A stretch of DNA of 64,000 nucleotides. Origin: Candidatus Falkowbacteria bacterium (GTDB lineage Bacteria > Patescibacteriota > Patescibacteriia > JAACEG01). The stretch spans positions 48,482 through 112,481 of the forward strand of contig JABIDK010000006.1 in assembly GCA_018651725.1 (NCBI GenBank). The letters run 5' to 3'. Made by a program: the position numbers and the translations under genes. Shown in pieces: positions 18,068 to 27,920 of the stretch (positions within the stretch are counted from its first letter, which is position 1; each line of letters starts with the position of its first letter). The notes under the pieces were generated by a model that ran no database searches, was not told the DNA's origin, and saw nothing but the letters and a program-made list of their open reading frames with translations.

Positions 18068-18871
18068 TTACTTATAATAAACCTTATTGCTGAATCTTAC
18101 GTCTATATATTCTGAGTTTTCTTTGCTTTCTTTTAAAATACTATCTAATTTATTTATTTGTTTTTGAATGTCTTGATTAAGATTAAAATAAATTTTAAAG
18201 TTATTTTCCATTATGGCTGTTAAGTCGTTAAATTTATTTTTTTCCAGTGTTTGGACCTTGTAATCGGTTTTTAACAGATAGTCTGTGATTGCGTTAAAAT
18301 GGTTAATTTCTTCTGTGGAAATTAATGGATAGTTGAATAGTATTTCTGTGTTACTAATGTCCGTTATATGAATTAATTTATTATTATTTTCTTCAGTAAC
18401 TTTACGTATGATTATACCGCTTTTATCCAAAAAATAATTTTTATTATCAATTACAATAATAAATTTAGGGGATCTTTCGGTTAAGTTTATAGATAACTCA
18501 TTTGGAAATGTTTTTTTTGAGGTAACTTCTTCAAAATAAAAATGTTCTTTTATTTTTTGACTTAGATCATCTTCCTTAATAAATAAATAATTATTTTTCG
18601 GAATTAAAGATTTTTGATTTAATTCATCGTTTATGAAAGATAAAATTGCCGGAGATTTTACCTCTTGATTACCATTTACCTTAATTTTTGTAACTCTTAA
18701 GTAGCTTCCGAATATAAAATAAAAAATGCCTGCTATTATAGTTAGAATAAATATAAAAAATATAACTAATTTGATCTTAGCCTTGATGCTTTTTGCTCTT
18801 ATCTTTCTCTCTCTTCTTCTAAACAATGAATTTGAGCGTTTATTTTGTGAGTAGTCTCGCCTCATTCGCAA
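18068..18871 (-). CDS. ftsQ: Cell division protein FtsQ/DivIB-like
   Basis: Basic N-terminus, single TM, then 'LRVTKIKVNGNQEV' (POTRA-like start). It lies downstream of a Mur-ligase gene, as in dcw clusters. Confidence 0.5.
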   Translation of the reverse strand: MRMRRDYSQNKRSNSLFRRRERKIRAKSIKAKIKLVIFFIFILTIIAGIFYFIFGSYLRVTKIKVNGNQEVKSPAILSFINDELNQKSLIPKNNYLFIKEDDLSQKIKEHFYFEEVTSKKTFPNELSINLTERSPKFIIVIDNKNYFLDKSGIIIRKVTEENNNKLIHITDISNTEILFNYPLISTEEINHFNAITDYLLKTDYKVQTLEKNKFNDLTAIMENNFKIYFNLNQDIQKQINKLDSILKESKENSEYIDVRFSNKVYYK

Positions 18872-18905
18872 GGTGTTAATATTATTATGCGTCGTAAAAT
18901 ATTAC

Positions 18906-19646
18906 TTATATTTTATAATAATTTTTTATAGCTTGTTTTACTGCTTTACCTCTGGTGTGATGAATACCAAATTTATCCATTGAGTAACTGGTTTGATTAT
19001 CTTTATAGTTAATTGTAAACAGCTGTTTGTTGTTTTCAGATTTTATATCGCTTATTTTAATGTCACTCTCCTCTTTTTGTCCGTAGTAAATTGTTTTTGC
19101 GTTAGAAAATGTATGCAAATTTTTTATTCGAAGATCATCACAGTTTAACAAAACCAAACCATCTTTTTTTGTACCTTGAACCAGTTTTTTGTACTCTAGA
19201 GCTATCTTGTCCAGATCTCCAAAATTATCAAGGTATTGAGCGTTTATGTCGGTTAAAACAGTTATTTGAGGTTTTATAATACTTAAGAAATAGTTTATAT
19301 CGTTAGGGTGACTTATTCCTATTTCTAAGATAATTTTTTGTGGAAATTTTGTAGTAAAAATAGTTATTTTAGTTGCTCTAATAATTGTTTTTACCCAAAC
19401 ACTAATTTTATTGGAGTTTGTTATTAGTCCAAAGATAGCAAGTGGTATGCCAAGCTCAGCATTATATTTTTTAGGCGCCATTCGAACTTTAAATTTATCT
19501 TTTAAAAGATTATTTATCTCTTCTTTTATCGGGTGCTTCCCCGTACTTCCGGCCACAGCGATTATCTCTGGTTTATATTTTAAAATAGCAGCTTTACTTA
19601 AAAATTTAAGATAACATTGAATTAATTTTTTAATGATTTGCTTCAT
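18906..19646 (-). CDS. Mur ligase family protein, MurF-like central domain only (truncated)
   Basis: 'IIAVAGSTGKHPIKEE' matches the Mur P-loop. 'YNAELGIPLAIFGL' and 'ILEIGISHPNDINYF...VLTDINAQYLDNFGDLDKIALEYKKL' align by eye with the MurF middle domain. The N- and C-terminal domains are absent. Confidence 0.5.
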   Translation of the reverse strand: MKQIIKKLIQCYLKFLSKAAILKYKPEIIAVAGSTGKHPIKEEINNLLKDKFKVRMAPKKYNAELGIPLAIFGLITNSNKISVWVKTIIRATKITIFTTKFPQKIILEIGISHPNDINYFLSIIKPQITVLTDINAQYLDNFGDLDKIALEYKKLVQGTKKDGLVLLNCDDLRIKNLHTFSNAKTIYYGQKEESDIKISDIKSENNKQLFTINYKDNQTSYSMDKFGIHHTRGKAVKQAIKNYYKI

Positions 19647-19651
19647 AAAAA

Positions 19652-20797
19652 TTATTTAAAATATTTTTCCATTCGATTAAAGGCTTTGTTAATATCTTCC
19701 TCTGTTCGTCCAAAAGACATTCGGACGTGATGTTCTCCGTTTGGGCCAAAAGCAACTCCCGGAACAACTGCTACTCGCGCTTTTTCTAGTAAATTAACTG
19801 CGAAAGTCTTACTATCCTCCCCGGTTTTATATTTTGGGAATACAAAATAAGAGCTGTTTGGTTTCTGGTAGGAAAAAATATCTTTTAAAATATCCAGTCG
19901 ATCACAGATTAATTTTCTTCTCTTTAAATATTCTTGTTTATAATATTCTACCACATTTTTGTCTGCCTCTAAAGCCCCTAAAGCTGCGTATTGCGAGACA
20001 ACCGGCGCGCAAGTAACAAGGCTGTCGTGAATTTTTAAAATTTCTTTAACAATGGATGAATCACTATGTAAAAAACCAACCCGCCAACCGGTCATGGCGT
20101 TACCTTTAGAAAAACTGAATATTCTGATAACTTTTTTTCTTAGTTCAGGAATTTGCGCTAAAGTAAAAAAATCTTCATCTGTATATATAAAGTCTTTGTA
20201 AACCTCGTCGGTTATTATAAAAAGATTATGTTTTTTTGCCAGTTCAGCTAAATCTAAAAGTTGTTTTTTGGTGTAAATTGTTCCAGTTGGATTGTTAGGG
20301 TTGCAAAAAAATATTGCCTTGGTTTTTGAACTAATTTTGTGTTCAAAGTTTTTTATAGAAAAAGCCCAGCCCTCTTCCTCTATTAAATCAACAAAAACAG
20401 GTGTTCCCCCGGCAACTTTTATTGTTTCTTGGTATGAAGTGTAAGTTGGAGTTGGTATTAAAACTTCATCTCCTTGATTTAAGATCGCAATTAAAGTAGC
20501 GGTTATTGCTTCGATTGCTCCGGCAGTAATAATAATCTCTGAGTCAAAGTCATAAAACATTCCTTCTTCGGCCAAGCTCTCCTCCACAGCCTCTCTTAGC
20601 TCAGGTAACCCTGGAGAAAGCGAATATTTAGCCACTCTTCCCTTTTTTATGGCTTCAATGGCTTTTTCTTTAATAAAATCATCTGTATCAAAAGAAGGAA
20701 TCCCCTGCGCCAAAGAAACAACCCCGGGAATTTTACTAGCCCGGAGCTCCATTTCTTTAATCGGTGATAATTTAATATTTTTAGTTCGTTCAAACAT
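19652..20797 (-). CDS. PLP-dependent aminotransferase class I (aspartate/aromatic aminotransferase-like)
   Basis: 'SFSKGNAMTGWRVGF' is the class I aminotransferase PLP-lysine motif. Length is 381 aa. Confidence 0.8.
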   Translation of the reverse strand: MFERTKNIKLSPIKEMELRASKIPGVVSLAQGIPSFDTDDFIKEKAIEAIKKGRVAKYSLSPGLPELREAVEESLAEEGMFYDFDSEIIITAGAIEAITATLIAILNQGDEVLIPTPTYTSYQETIKVAGGTPVFVDLIEEEGWAFSIKNFEHKISSKTKAIFFCNPNNPTGTIYTKKQLLDLAELAKKHNLFIITDEVYKDFIYTDEDFFTLAQIPELRKKVIRIFSFSKGNAMTGWRVGFLHSDSSIVKEILKIHDSLVTCAPVVSQYAALGALEADKNVVEYYKQEYLKRRKLICDRLDILKDIFSYQKPNSSYFVFPKYKTGEDSKTFAVNLLEKARVAVVPGVAFGPNGEHHVRMSFGRTEEDINKAFNRMEKYFK

Positions 20798-21299
20798 TTT
20801 TGTTAATTACTTCTTTTAAAAATAACAGGTCTCTGTGTCTAATAAACTTACCAACATAATTAACCGGTTTATCTTTCTCTAATAATTTTATTGCTTCATC
20901 TAGGTTAACCCACTTTATTTTAAACCCGGAATTTTTTTCTTTTTCTGTAAAATTCGCATCAGTAAGATCTCCTTTTTGGTTTGCTTCATAGCAGTAAGAA
21001 ATTTGTAATTGCTCAAACTCGTCTCTATATTCAATAGTTGCACCGATCTCATCCAAAACATTTATTTCAGCCCCTACTTCCTCTAAAATCTCTCGGTTAA
21101 GTGCTATTTTAATATCTTCTCCTTTTTCAATCCCGCCTCCCGGTAATTTATGATAATTGTCTCTGGAAACAAAAAGTAAAGCTATTTTTCTATCGTTATT
21201 ATAAACAATTGCTCTCGAGGCTTTTCTTATTTTATAACAAATGCTATCTTTGTTAGATTCCCCTATTTCATTTTGATAAATTTCTTTAATCAACTTCAT
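20790..21299 (-). CDS. NUDIX hydrolase
   Basis: 'GGGIEKGEDIKIALNREILEEVGAEI' is the Nudix box. Confidence 0.75.
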   Translation of the reverse strand: MKLIKEIYQNEIGESNKDSICYKIRKASRAIVYNNDRKIALLFVSRDNYHKLPGGGIEKGEDIKIALNREILEEVGAEINVLDEIGATIEYRDEFEQLQISYCYEANQKGDLTDANFTEKEKNSGFKIKWVNLDEAIKLLEKDKPVNYVGKFIRHRDLLFLKEVINKNV

Positions 21300-21305
21300 A
21301 TTTTT

Positions 21306-22568
21306 TTATCCAATTTTATTTTTCCCAATCCACTTTTGTAAAACCTTTGGAATTTTAATTGAGCCGTCTTTTTGTTGGTAGTTTTCCATTATAGCGATGA
21401 TTGCTCGCCCAACAGCGATGGCTGTTCCGTTTAGCATGTTGATGTATTCTTTTTTGCCTGCTTTGGTTTTGTATTTAATATTTAAACCTCTGGCTTGGTA
21501 GTCGGTGCAATTTGATGTTGAGGTGATTTCTGCCCAGTCGCCCATTGAGTTATCTTTGTTTGGTTTGCCGGGCATCCAGGCCTCCAAGTCGTAAGTTCTT
21601 ATTGAAGGTCCGCCAAGATCAGCTGTGCAGTGATCCACTACCCTGAAAGGAAGCTTTAGTCCTTCAAAGATTTCTTTTTCTATTTTTAACATTTCATCGT
21701 GTCCTTTTTCTGCGGTAGTCGGAGTTAAATATTGGAACATCTCTATTTTTGTAAATTGATGAACTCTAAAAATTCCTTTGGAAAACTTTGAATAACTACC
21801 GGCCTCTGTTCGGAAGCAATGTGAAACAGCTACATATTTTTTTGGTAAATCTTTTTCTTCTAAAACTTCATTCATATGGTATCCACCCATGGTAATTTCC
21901 GCTGTTCCGATTAAACTTAAGTCAGAATTTTCCACATTATAAACTTGAGTTGATTCTCCTCTGGGGTTAAAGCCCAGTCCTTCTAGCACCTCTCTTTTGG
22001 CTAGATCCGGAGTACTAAAAGGAATAAATTTATGTTTCATTACTACCTCAAGAGCATACTGAATTAAAGCAAACTCCATTAAAGCCAGTTCATTTTTTAG
22101 ATAATAAAATTTAGCCCCGCTTACTTTAGTGGCACGATCAAAATCAATTAAGTCATGCTTTTTAGCAAGCTCAACATGGTCCAGTGGTTTAAAATCAAAT
22201 TTTGTTGGCTCTTTGAAAGTATCTAAAACCGGGTTATCGTCTTCGTCATCACTTACATGAACCTTAGGATGAGTTAAATTTGGAACCTGTAAAATTAACT
22301 CTCTAAATTCTTCTCTAAGTGGTTTTTGTTTTTCTTCCAGTTTTTGAATTTCATTACCAAGCTTTTTCATTTCTTTAATTTGCACTGGGGTTGGTTTTGT
22401 TTTGGATCCGATATTTCTTTTAGCGCGCAATTTTTCAATTTTAGTTTCGCTGCCTCTAATTTTTTTATCCAATCTTAAAAGTTTATCGATATCAATATCG
22501 ACTTGTCTATCTTTACAATTTTGTTTTATTTTTTCAGGGTTCTCCCTGATGATTTTTATGTCTAACAT
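21306..22568 (-). CDS. serS: Seryl-tRNA synthetase
   Basis: N-terminus 'MLDIKIIRENPEKIK' and a coiled-coil arm are present. The class II core carries motifs such as 'FRTEAGS' and 'NGTAIAVGR'. Confidence 0.9.
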   Translation of the reverse strand: MLDIKIIRENPEKIKQNCKDRQVDIDIDKLLRLDKKIRGSETKIEKLRAKRNIGSKTKPTPVQIKEMKKLGNEIQKLEEKQKPLREEFRELILQVPNLTHPKVHVSDDEDDNPVLDTFKEPTKFDFKPLDHVELAKKHDLIDFDRATKVSGAKFYYLKNELALMEFALIQYALEVVMKHKFIPFSTPDLAKREVLEGLGFNPRGESTQVYNVENSDLSLIGTAEITMGGYHMNEVLEEKDLPKKYVAVSHCFRTEAGSYSKFSKGIFRVHQFTKIEMFQYLTPTTAEKGHDEMLKIEKEIFEGLKLPFRVVDHCTADLGGPSIRTYDLEAWMPGKPNKDNSMGDWAEITSTSNCTDYQARGLNIKYKTKAGKKEYINMLNGTAIAVGRAIIAIMENYQQKDGSIKIPKVLQKWIGKNKIG

Positions 22569-22590
22569 ACCTTTTTATATTTATTGATTA

Positions 22591-23001
22591 TTAAAGTAAC
22601 GATGATTTATATTTTTCCGGTTTGTATGCTTTGAGTCGAACAATTTTTGTGTTCAATAGACCAAGGGCTTTTAATTTTTCAGATAAATTTTCAGTAAAGC
22701 AACTTTGATCGTATCCTAAGCAAATTACATCCGGCTTATAATATTTAATTAGTTTATATTTATTGTTTAGTCTTCCCAAAGTAACTTTTTCTGTTAGTTT
22801 ACTTTTAATAATTTCTTTTTGCCTTTCTTCTTCTTTAAGTCGTGGAAGTTTACCTTTTATTTTTTTAACTGTTTTATCTCGCGCTACAACAACAATCAAC
22901 TCATCTCCGTAATCCTTAGCTTGCATTAAAAAATGAATATGACCTTTATGCAATCCATCGAAAGTGCCAAAAACCATTACAGTTTTTAAATCATTCACCA
23001 T
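22591..23001 (-). CDS. Cytidylyltransferase-like nucleotidyltransferase (HxGH family; FAD synthetase/TagD-like)
   Basis: 'VMVFGTFDGLHKGHIHFL' is the (T/H)xGH motif. Length is 136 aa. Confidence 0.6.
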   Translation of the reverse strand: MVNDLKTVMVFGTFDGLHKGHIHFLMQAKDYGDELIVVVARDKTVKKIKGKLPRLKEEERQKEIIKSKLTEKVTLGRLNNKYKLIKYYKPDVICLGYDQSCFTENLSEKLKALGLLNTKIVRLKAYKPEKYKSSLL

Positions 23002-23004
23002 AAT

Positions 23005-24465
23005 TTAATGTTTCGGTTTCATCAGTGGGAAAATTTGACATTCACGGGCTGGCTTGTTCATTAAAAAGCTGAAAACTCGCTCGCTCATTCCGAAGCCACA
23101 GGTTGGGGGCATGCCATGCTCCAGGGCTTCTACAAATTCGTGATCAAACATTTGCGCTTCTTCGTCCCCTGCCTCTCTAAGGGCTTCTTGCTCTTTAAAT
23201 CTTTTAGCTTGGTCTAACGGGTCATTTAACTCGCTGTAGCCGTTACCAAGCTCTGAGCCGGCGATAAGAGGCTGAAATCTTTGGGTCATTTGTGGATTAT
23301 CGTCTTGTTTTTTAGCCAAAGGAGAAACAGTCAATGGTACTCCCACCAAGAACCCTGGTCCAGCAATTTGTTTTCGACAATATTTCCACAGATTATCGAT
23401 CGCCCTGGTTTCGCTGAAGCCCTTTTTATCGTAATCTATTTTTAGTTCTTTTAGTTTTTTTTCAATTTCTTTTAAACTAGTATTAAATATATCAACACCT
23501 GTAAATTTTTTAACCGTATCGCGGTAATCATATTTAGCCCATTTTTTCCCTAAATCAACATTAAATTTTCCGATTTTGAATTTTAGGGTTCCAAAGGTTT
23601 CTTTGGCTATGTGTTTGTATAGTTTTTCCACTAACTTCATGCCATCTTCATAGTCAGCGTAAGCCCAGTAAAATTCCATTTGAGTGTAATCTTGCAAATG
23701 CTCGTGCGACATTCCTTCGTTTCTAAACTGTCTTCCAATCTCAAAAGTTTTTTCGTACCCGGCTACCATTAGTTGTTTTTGCCATAACTCCCCCATTGAA
23801 ATACGAAGGTAAACATCTATATCTAAGGCATTATGGTGAGTTGTAAATGGTTTAGCGTCAGCTCCACCGGTAGTATTCTCTAGAACCGGAGTCTCTACCT
23901 CTAAAAAATTTTCTTTCAACAAAAATGTGCGAACAGAGTTCCAAAATTTAGCTTTTTTAATAAACATTTCCTTTACCTCCGGGTTCATTAAAATATCCAA
24001 GTACCTTTTTCTAAATTTTTCCTCAGCGTCTTTAAGCCCTGCCCATTTGTCCGGCAACGGTAAAAGAGCTTTTGTTAAAAGTTTAAATTTTTTAATATTT
24101 ATGCTTTGTTCGCCTTTGTGTGTTACAAAAACTATTCCTTTAGCTTCAATAAAATCACCAACATCAAAATTTTTGACAAATAATTTATACTGGTCAACGC
24201 CAACCTCTTTTTTACTAATCGCCAGTTGAATTTTCCCGCTTTCATCTTCTAGATTAGCAAAAGTTAAATTACCATGACTTCGTACGCTTCTAAGTCGCCC
24301 AACAATAGATACTTTTTTTTGGCCTTTCTCCAATTCTTTAAAACTATCAAAAACCTCTTTAATTAAGTGAGTTCTTTTAGCTTTTGCAGGATAAGGATTT
24401 ATGCCTAATTTTTTCAAATTTTCAAGCTTTCTAACCCTATCTTCGCGCTCTTGTATGTGTTCCAT
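23005..24465 (-). CDS. lysS: Lysyl-tRNA synthetase (class II)
   Basis: An OB-fold N-domain is present. Class II motifs include 'FRNEG' and 'GGADAKPF'. Length is 486 aa. Confidence 0.9.
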   Translation of the reverse strand: MEHIQEREDRVRKLENLKKLGINPYPAKAKRTHLIKEVFDSFKELEKGQKKVSIVGRLRSVRSHGNLTFANLEDESGKIQLAISKKEVGVDQYKLFVKNFDVGDFIEAKGIVFVTHKGEQSINIKKFKLLTKALLPLPDKWAGLKDAEEKFRKRYLDILMNPEVKEMFIKKAKFWNSVRTFLLKENFLEVETPVLENTTGGADAKPFTTHHNALDIDVYLRISMGELWQKQLMVAGYEKTFEIGRQFRNEGMSHEHLQDYTQMEFYWAYADYEDGMKLVEKLYKHIAKETFGTLKFKIGKFNVDLGKKWAKYDYRDTVKKFTGVDIFNTSLKEIEKKLKELKIDYDKKGFSETRAIDNLWKYCRKQIAGPGFLVGVPLTVSPLAKKQDDNPQMTQRFQPLIAGSELGNGYSELNDPLDQAKRFKEQEALREAGDEEAQMFDHEFVEALEHGMPPTCGFGMSERVFSFLMNKPARECQIFPLMKPKH

Positions 24466-24579
24466 AATTTAGTATAATTATTTTTAAAATTAACCTTATA
24501 ATACCATAAATATAAGAAAAAAGTCAAAAAAAATAGCTTCCTGTATAAACAAAAAGCTATTATTGAGCCAAAATAGTTT

Positions 24580-24879
24580 TTAATTAGTTGCGGGAACTAA
24601 TTTTTCCACTAAAGAGACAAAATCCCCCACAGTTGTTACCTTCATTATTTCAAGATCGGTTATGTCGATATCAAATTCTTTTTCAACATCAGCGATTAGA
24701 GCAAAAAACTCCAGACTACCGAGGCACAGGTCATCCTTAAAATCCCTCATAGAGTATTCTAGTGATGTTTGAGAAAGCCATTCTCCTTTAATGATTGTAT
24801 TGCTGGTAGCGTTTTGTATGTCTGTGCTGTCTAAAATAATCTTTTTTAATCTTGTTTGTATTTCGCTTGTTTTGTGCAT
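24580..24879 (-). CDS. Acyl carrier protein-like
   Basis: 'LGSLEFFALIADVEKEFDIDITD' resembles ACP helix II with the phosphopantetheine Ser. It has an extra ~40-aa N-terminal extension. Confidence 0.4.
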   Translation of the reverse strand: MHKTSEIQTRLKKIILDSTDIQNATSNTIIKGEWLSQTSLEYSMRDFKDDLCLGSLEFFALIADVEKEFDIDITDLEIMKVTTVGDFVSLVEKLVPATN

Positions 24880-24920
24880 GTCACTCCCTCCCTTTAGCAG
24901 AAATTTTAAGGTACAAAAAA

Positions 24921-25379
24921 TTATTTAATTTCCAATATTTTATATTTTATTTCACCGTTTGGGGTTGTTATTGTAAATTCTTCATTCTTTTTTCTGTCCA
25001 TCATAGCTTGACCAAGTGGTGATTCATTAGATATTTTTCCAGCCAAAGGATCTGCCTCATTTGACCCTGTAACCATGTATTCAATTTCTTGGTTACCTGT
25101 TTTGATTTTTACTTGAGAGCCAACACTTACTATCTTGTTATTCTTTTTTTTAGTAATAATAGTAGCATTTTTTATTAAGTTTTCTAATTCTAAAACACGA
25201 CCTTCCATAAAACCCTGATCTTCTTTAGCTGATTGATAATCGGCATTTTCACTCAAATCCCCAAGCTCTTTAGCGTTTTTAATTCTTTGAATTAGCTCCG
25301 GGCGTTTAACTGTTTTTATATTTTTTAGTTCATTTTTTAGTTTCTCTAGCCCTTCTGGGGTCAAAAATTGCTCGCTCAT
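24921..25379 (-). CDS. greA: Transcription elongation factor GreA
   Basis: 'LTPEGLEKLKNEL...GDLSENADY' gives the coiled-coil tips. An FKBP-like C-terminal domain follows. Confidence 0.85.
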   Translation of the reverse strand: MSEQFLTPEGLEKLKNELKNIKTVKRPELIQRIKNAKELGDLSENADYQSAKEDQGFMEGRVLELENLIKNATIITKKKNNKIVSVGSQVKIKTGNQEIEYMVTGSNEADPLAGKISNESPLGQAMMDRKKNEEFTITTPNGEIKYKILEIK

Positions 25380-25483
25380 AAATATTTTTTTAAAAAATAA
25401 AAATCAATGGAAAAAGTATAATTCTTTTTAAAAAACTTGTCAATACTTATTTTCCAGCAAAATCTGTGGATAAGTCGGGATTT

Positions 25484-27421
25484 TTAGTTTGAAAAGTACC
25501 AATTTAAAATCTCCTTAGCTACCGGAGCGGCTGTTTTTGAACCCCCTTCTCCTTCTTCTATTAAAACCACTAAGACTATTTCCGGATTGTCAAAGGGCGC
25601 AAAAGCGGTAAACCAGGCGTGTGGGTCTTTATTTGAGGAGTGTTGGGCTGTGCCTGTTTTTCCGGCAACTTTTGCAGGTAAATTATTAAGAGCCACACAA
25701 CTGCCGTAGGTAACGCAGTCTCGCATTCCGCGTGAAACTGTGCCGATATTTTCTTTGGAGATAAAATCTTTTCTGATAATTTTTGCTTCTATATTTTTTT
25801 CTGTCTCTTGATTTTCGTTTAAAATTTTTTTCACTAAATGAGGCTCATAGAATGTTCCTTGATTGGCGATTATGGAGGTAAAAATAGCTGCCTGAAGAGG
25901 CGTTACGAGTAAATCACCTTGCCCGATAGATAAATGATAGGTATCCCCAATATACCAGCTTTCATTTTTAACTTCTTTTTTCCATTGTTTGGTTGGTAAA
26001 AAACCTGTTTGTTCGCCTGGAAGATCTATTCCTGTTTTATTGTTCAAACCAAATTTTTCTCCGTATTCTTTTAACTTTTCCATGCCTAGACCTTTAAAAT
26101 TATCATATCCCCCAACTGTAATATAGAAAAAAGTATTTACAGAGTTGGCGATTGCTCTTCTTAGATTAACTCTTCCATGCCCTCCGGTTTGCCAGTCAGG
26201 GAAAAACCACTGGCCAATAGATATTCCACCGGTGCTTAAAAATGTGGTCCAAGGACTTATTACTTCTTCCTCTAAAGCACTTGCGCCAACTATTGGCTTT
26301 ATTATGGATCCTGATGGGTACTCTCCCATAATTGCTCGATTAAAAAGAGGTTTATTGGGGTCGTTTAAAAGAGAAGCGTAAATCCCCGGATTGATTTTAT
26401 AGGCAAAGTCGTTAGCGGAAAATGTTGGTAAGCTTACCATCGATAATATTTCTCCATTTCTTGGATCAAGCGCGATTACTACTCCGCTGTTTTTGTTTAT
26501 TTCTTTTAGTTTATTTTTAAGAACCTCTTCACTTTTTACCTGTAAGTCGTAGTCAATTGACAATAATAAATTATTTCCATTTTCAGGATTAATTTTACTG
26601 ATTGTCCCTGTTTCTTCTCCCAGGGCGTTTACCTCGATTTTTCGTTCCCCATCTTTTCCCTTTAAAGTATCTTCATAATATTTTTCCAAACCTATTTTGC
26701 CTAGGTAATCGTTTAATAAATACCCTTGATCTTTTTTTTCTTTAAATTCTTCTTCGTTGATTTTTCCGGTATATCCAATCCAGTGTGAAATAGAAGAAAG
26801 ATTGTCGTACTCTCTTAAATTGCCGTTATCAAGATAAAGCCCGGGGATAAATTTTATATCGTCCATTAAAGCAAGTGCTTCTTCATAAGGAATTTTTTCC
26901 TGAACTATAATTTTCTCTTCAGAATTTAAATTAATGTCAATCAAAAGTTTTTTGAGTTGCTCTTTATCAATATGTTCATTTAAATTTTCTTCCAAAAATT
27001 CCCACAAAAATTTTTCCACAAGTTCATTTGTTCTTTTAAGCTCTTCTGGAACTATACTTAAAATAAAGTTGGGTCGATTATAAACCAGTTGTTTTTTATT
27101 TTTATCGTAAATTACACCTCTTTTTGCTTTAATAATCTTTGTTTTTATCCTGTTACCCTCGGCTATTTTAAAGTAATGATCTCCCTTTATAACCTGCAAA
27201 TACCCAAGCCTGATAAATAAAATCCCCAATAAAAAAAATACGCTTGCCAAAAACAAGGTTAGATTATCTTTTTTAAAAGACGAGCCCATAAAATTTCCAT
27301 CTGTATCTCGTTCTCTGTGCTTGCCACCCTTGCCCATGTTAAACGAAAACTCATCTATTATCGGGGAGCCCTTCCCTCCTTTTTTGATAGTATTAAATTT
27401 TGGAAAAATTTGATCGTCCAT
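25484..27421 (-). CDS. mrdA: Penicillin-binding protein 2 (transpeptidase)
   Basis: 'SGSIIKP' is the SxxK motif. 'KTGT' is present. An N-terminal TM anchor is present. It follows mreBCD. Confidence 0.8.
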   Translation of the reverse strand: MDDQIFPKFNTIKKGGKGSPIIDEFSFNMGKGGKHRERDTDGNFMGSSFKKDNLTLFLASVFFLLGILFIRLGYLQVIKGDHYFKIAEGNRIKTKIIKAKRGVIYDKNKKQLVYNRPNFILSIVPEELKRTNELVEKFLWEFLEENLNEHIDKEQLKKLLIDINLNSEEKIIVQEKIPYEEALALMDDIKFIPGLYLDNGNLREYDNLSSISHWIGYTGKINEEEFKEKKDQGYLLNDYLGKIGLEKYYEDTLKGKDGERKIEVNALGEETGTISKINPENGNNLLLSIDYDLQVKSEEVLKNKLKEINKNSGVVIALDPRNGEILSMVSLPTFSANDFAYKINPGIYASLLNDPNKPLFNRAIMGEYPSGSIIKPIVGASALEEEVISPWTTFLSTGGISIGQWFFPDWQTGGHGRVNLRRAIANSVNTFFYITVGGYDNFKGLGMEKLKEYGEKFGLNNKTGIDLPGEQTGFLPTKQWKKEVKNESWYIGDTYHLSIGQGDLLVTPLQAAIFTSIIANQGTFYEPHLVKKILNENQETEKNIEAKIIRKDFISKENIGTVSRGMRDCVTYGSCVALNNLPAKVAGKTGTAQHSSNKDPHAWFTAFAPFDNPEIVLVVLIEEGEGGSKTAAPVAKEILNWYFSN

Positions 27422-27920
27422 ATAATTTTTTAAACACTATAAAAATTATCATAGCACCGATAGTATTTAAAATAACTTGTAAAAATAAACTGTTTAAAAA
27501 TAAACTTAGAATAAAAGTGTTGTTTTTAAAATATGTGATGTCTGTTAAAAATTTTAGAAAAGTGAGAAAAATATTATAGAAACAAGTTGTTGTAACAGAG
27601 AGAATTATTATTGAGTAGCGGGATTTGTTGGTAAATATAGTGGAAGACAAAAAGAACAACATAAAAGCCGTAGAAAAAAGAGCCGCAACTATAATTAAAA
27701 AAGGATACAAAGAATAAAAACTTAAAATAACACCAAACAACAAAATCCATGAAAAATAATTATTTTTTCTCTTAGCTATTAAGGAGATTGCTATTGCCAA
27801 AGATAAAAAAAGCTGTAACTTATCAAAAGGGTTAATTAAAAACGGTATTACAGCCACTTGAGCAAACGCTAAAAATAAAATTGTTAAAAGTTTAATTAAA
27901 AAAAACATAGCGATTAACAC
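27393..27920 (-). CDS. mreD: Rod shape-determining protein MreD (by position and hydrophobicity)
   Basis: A 175-aa polytopic membrane protein between mreC and mrdA. Confidence 0.5.
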   Translation of the reverse strand: MLIAMFFLIKLLTILFLAFAQVAVIPFLINPFDKLQLFLSLAIAISLIAKRKNNYFSWILLFGVILSFYSLYPFLIIVAALFSTAFMLFFLSSTIFTNKSRYSIIILSVTTTCFYNIFLTFLKFLTDITYFKNNTFILSLFLNSLFLQVILNTIGAMIIFIVFKKLYGRSNFSKI

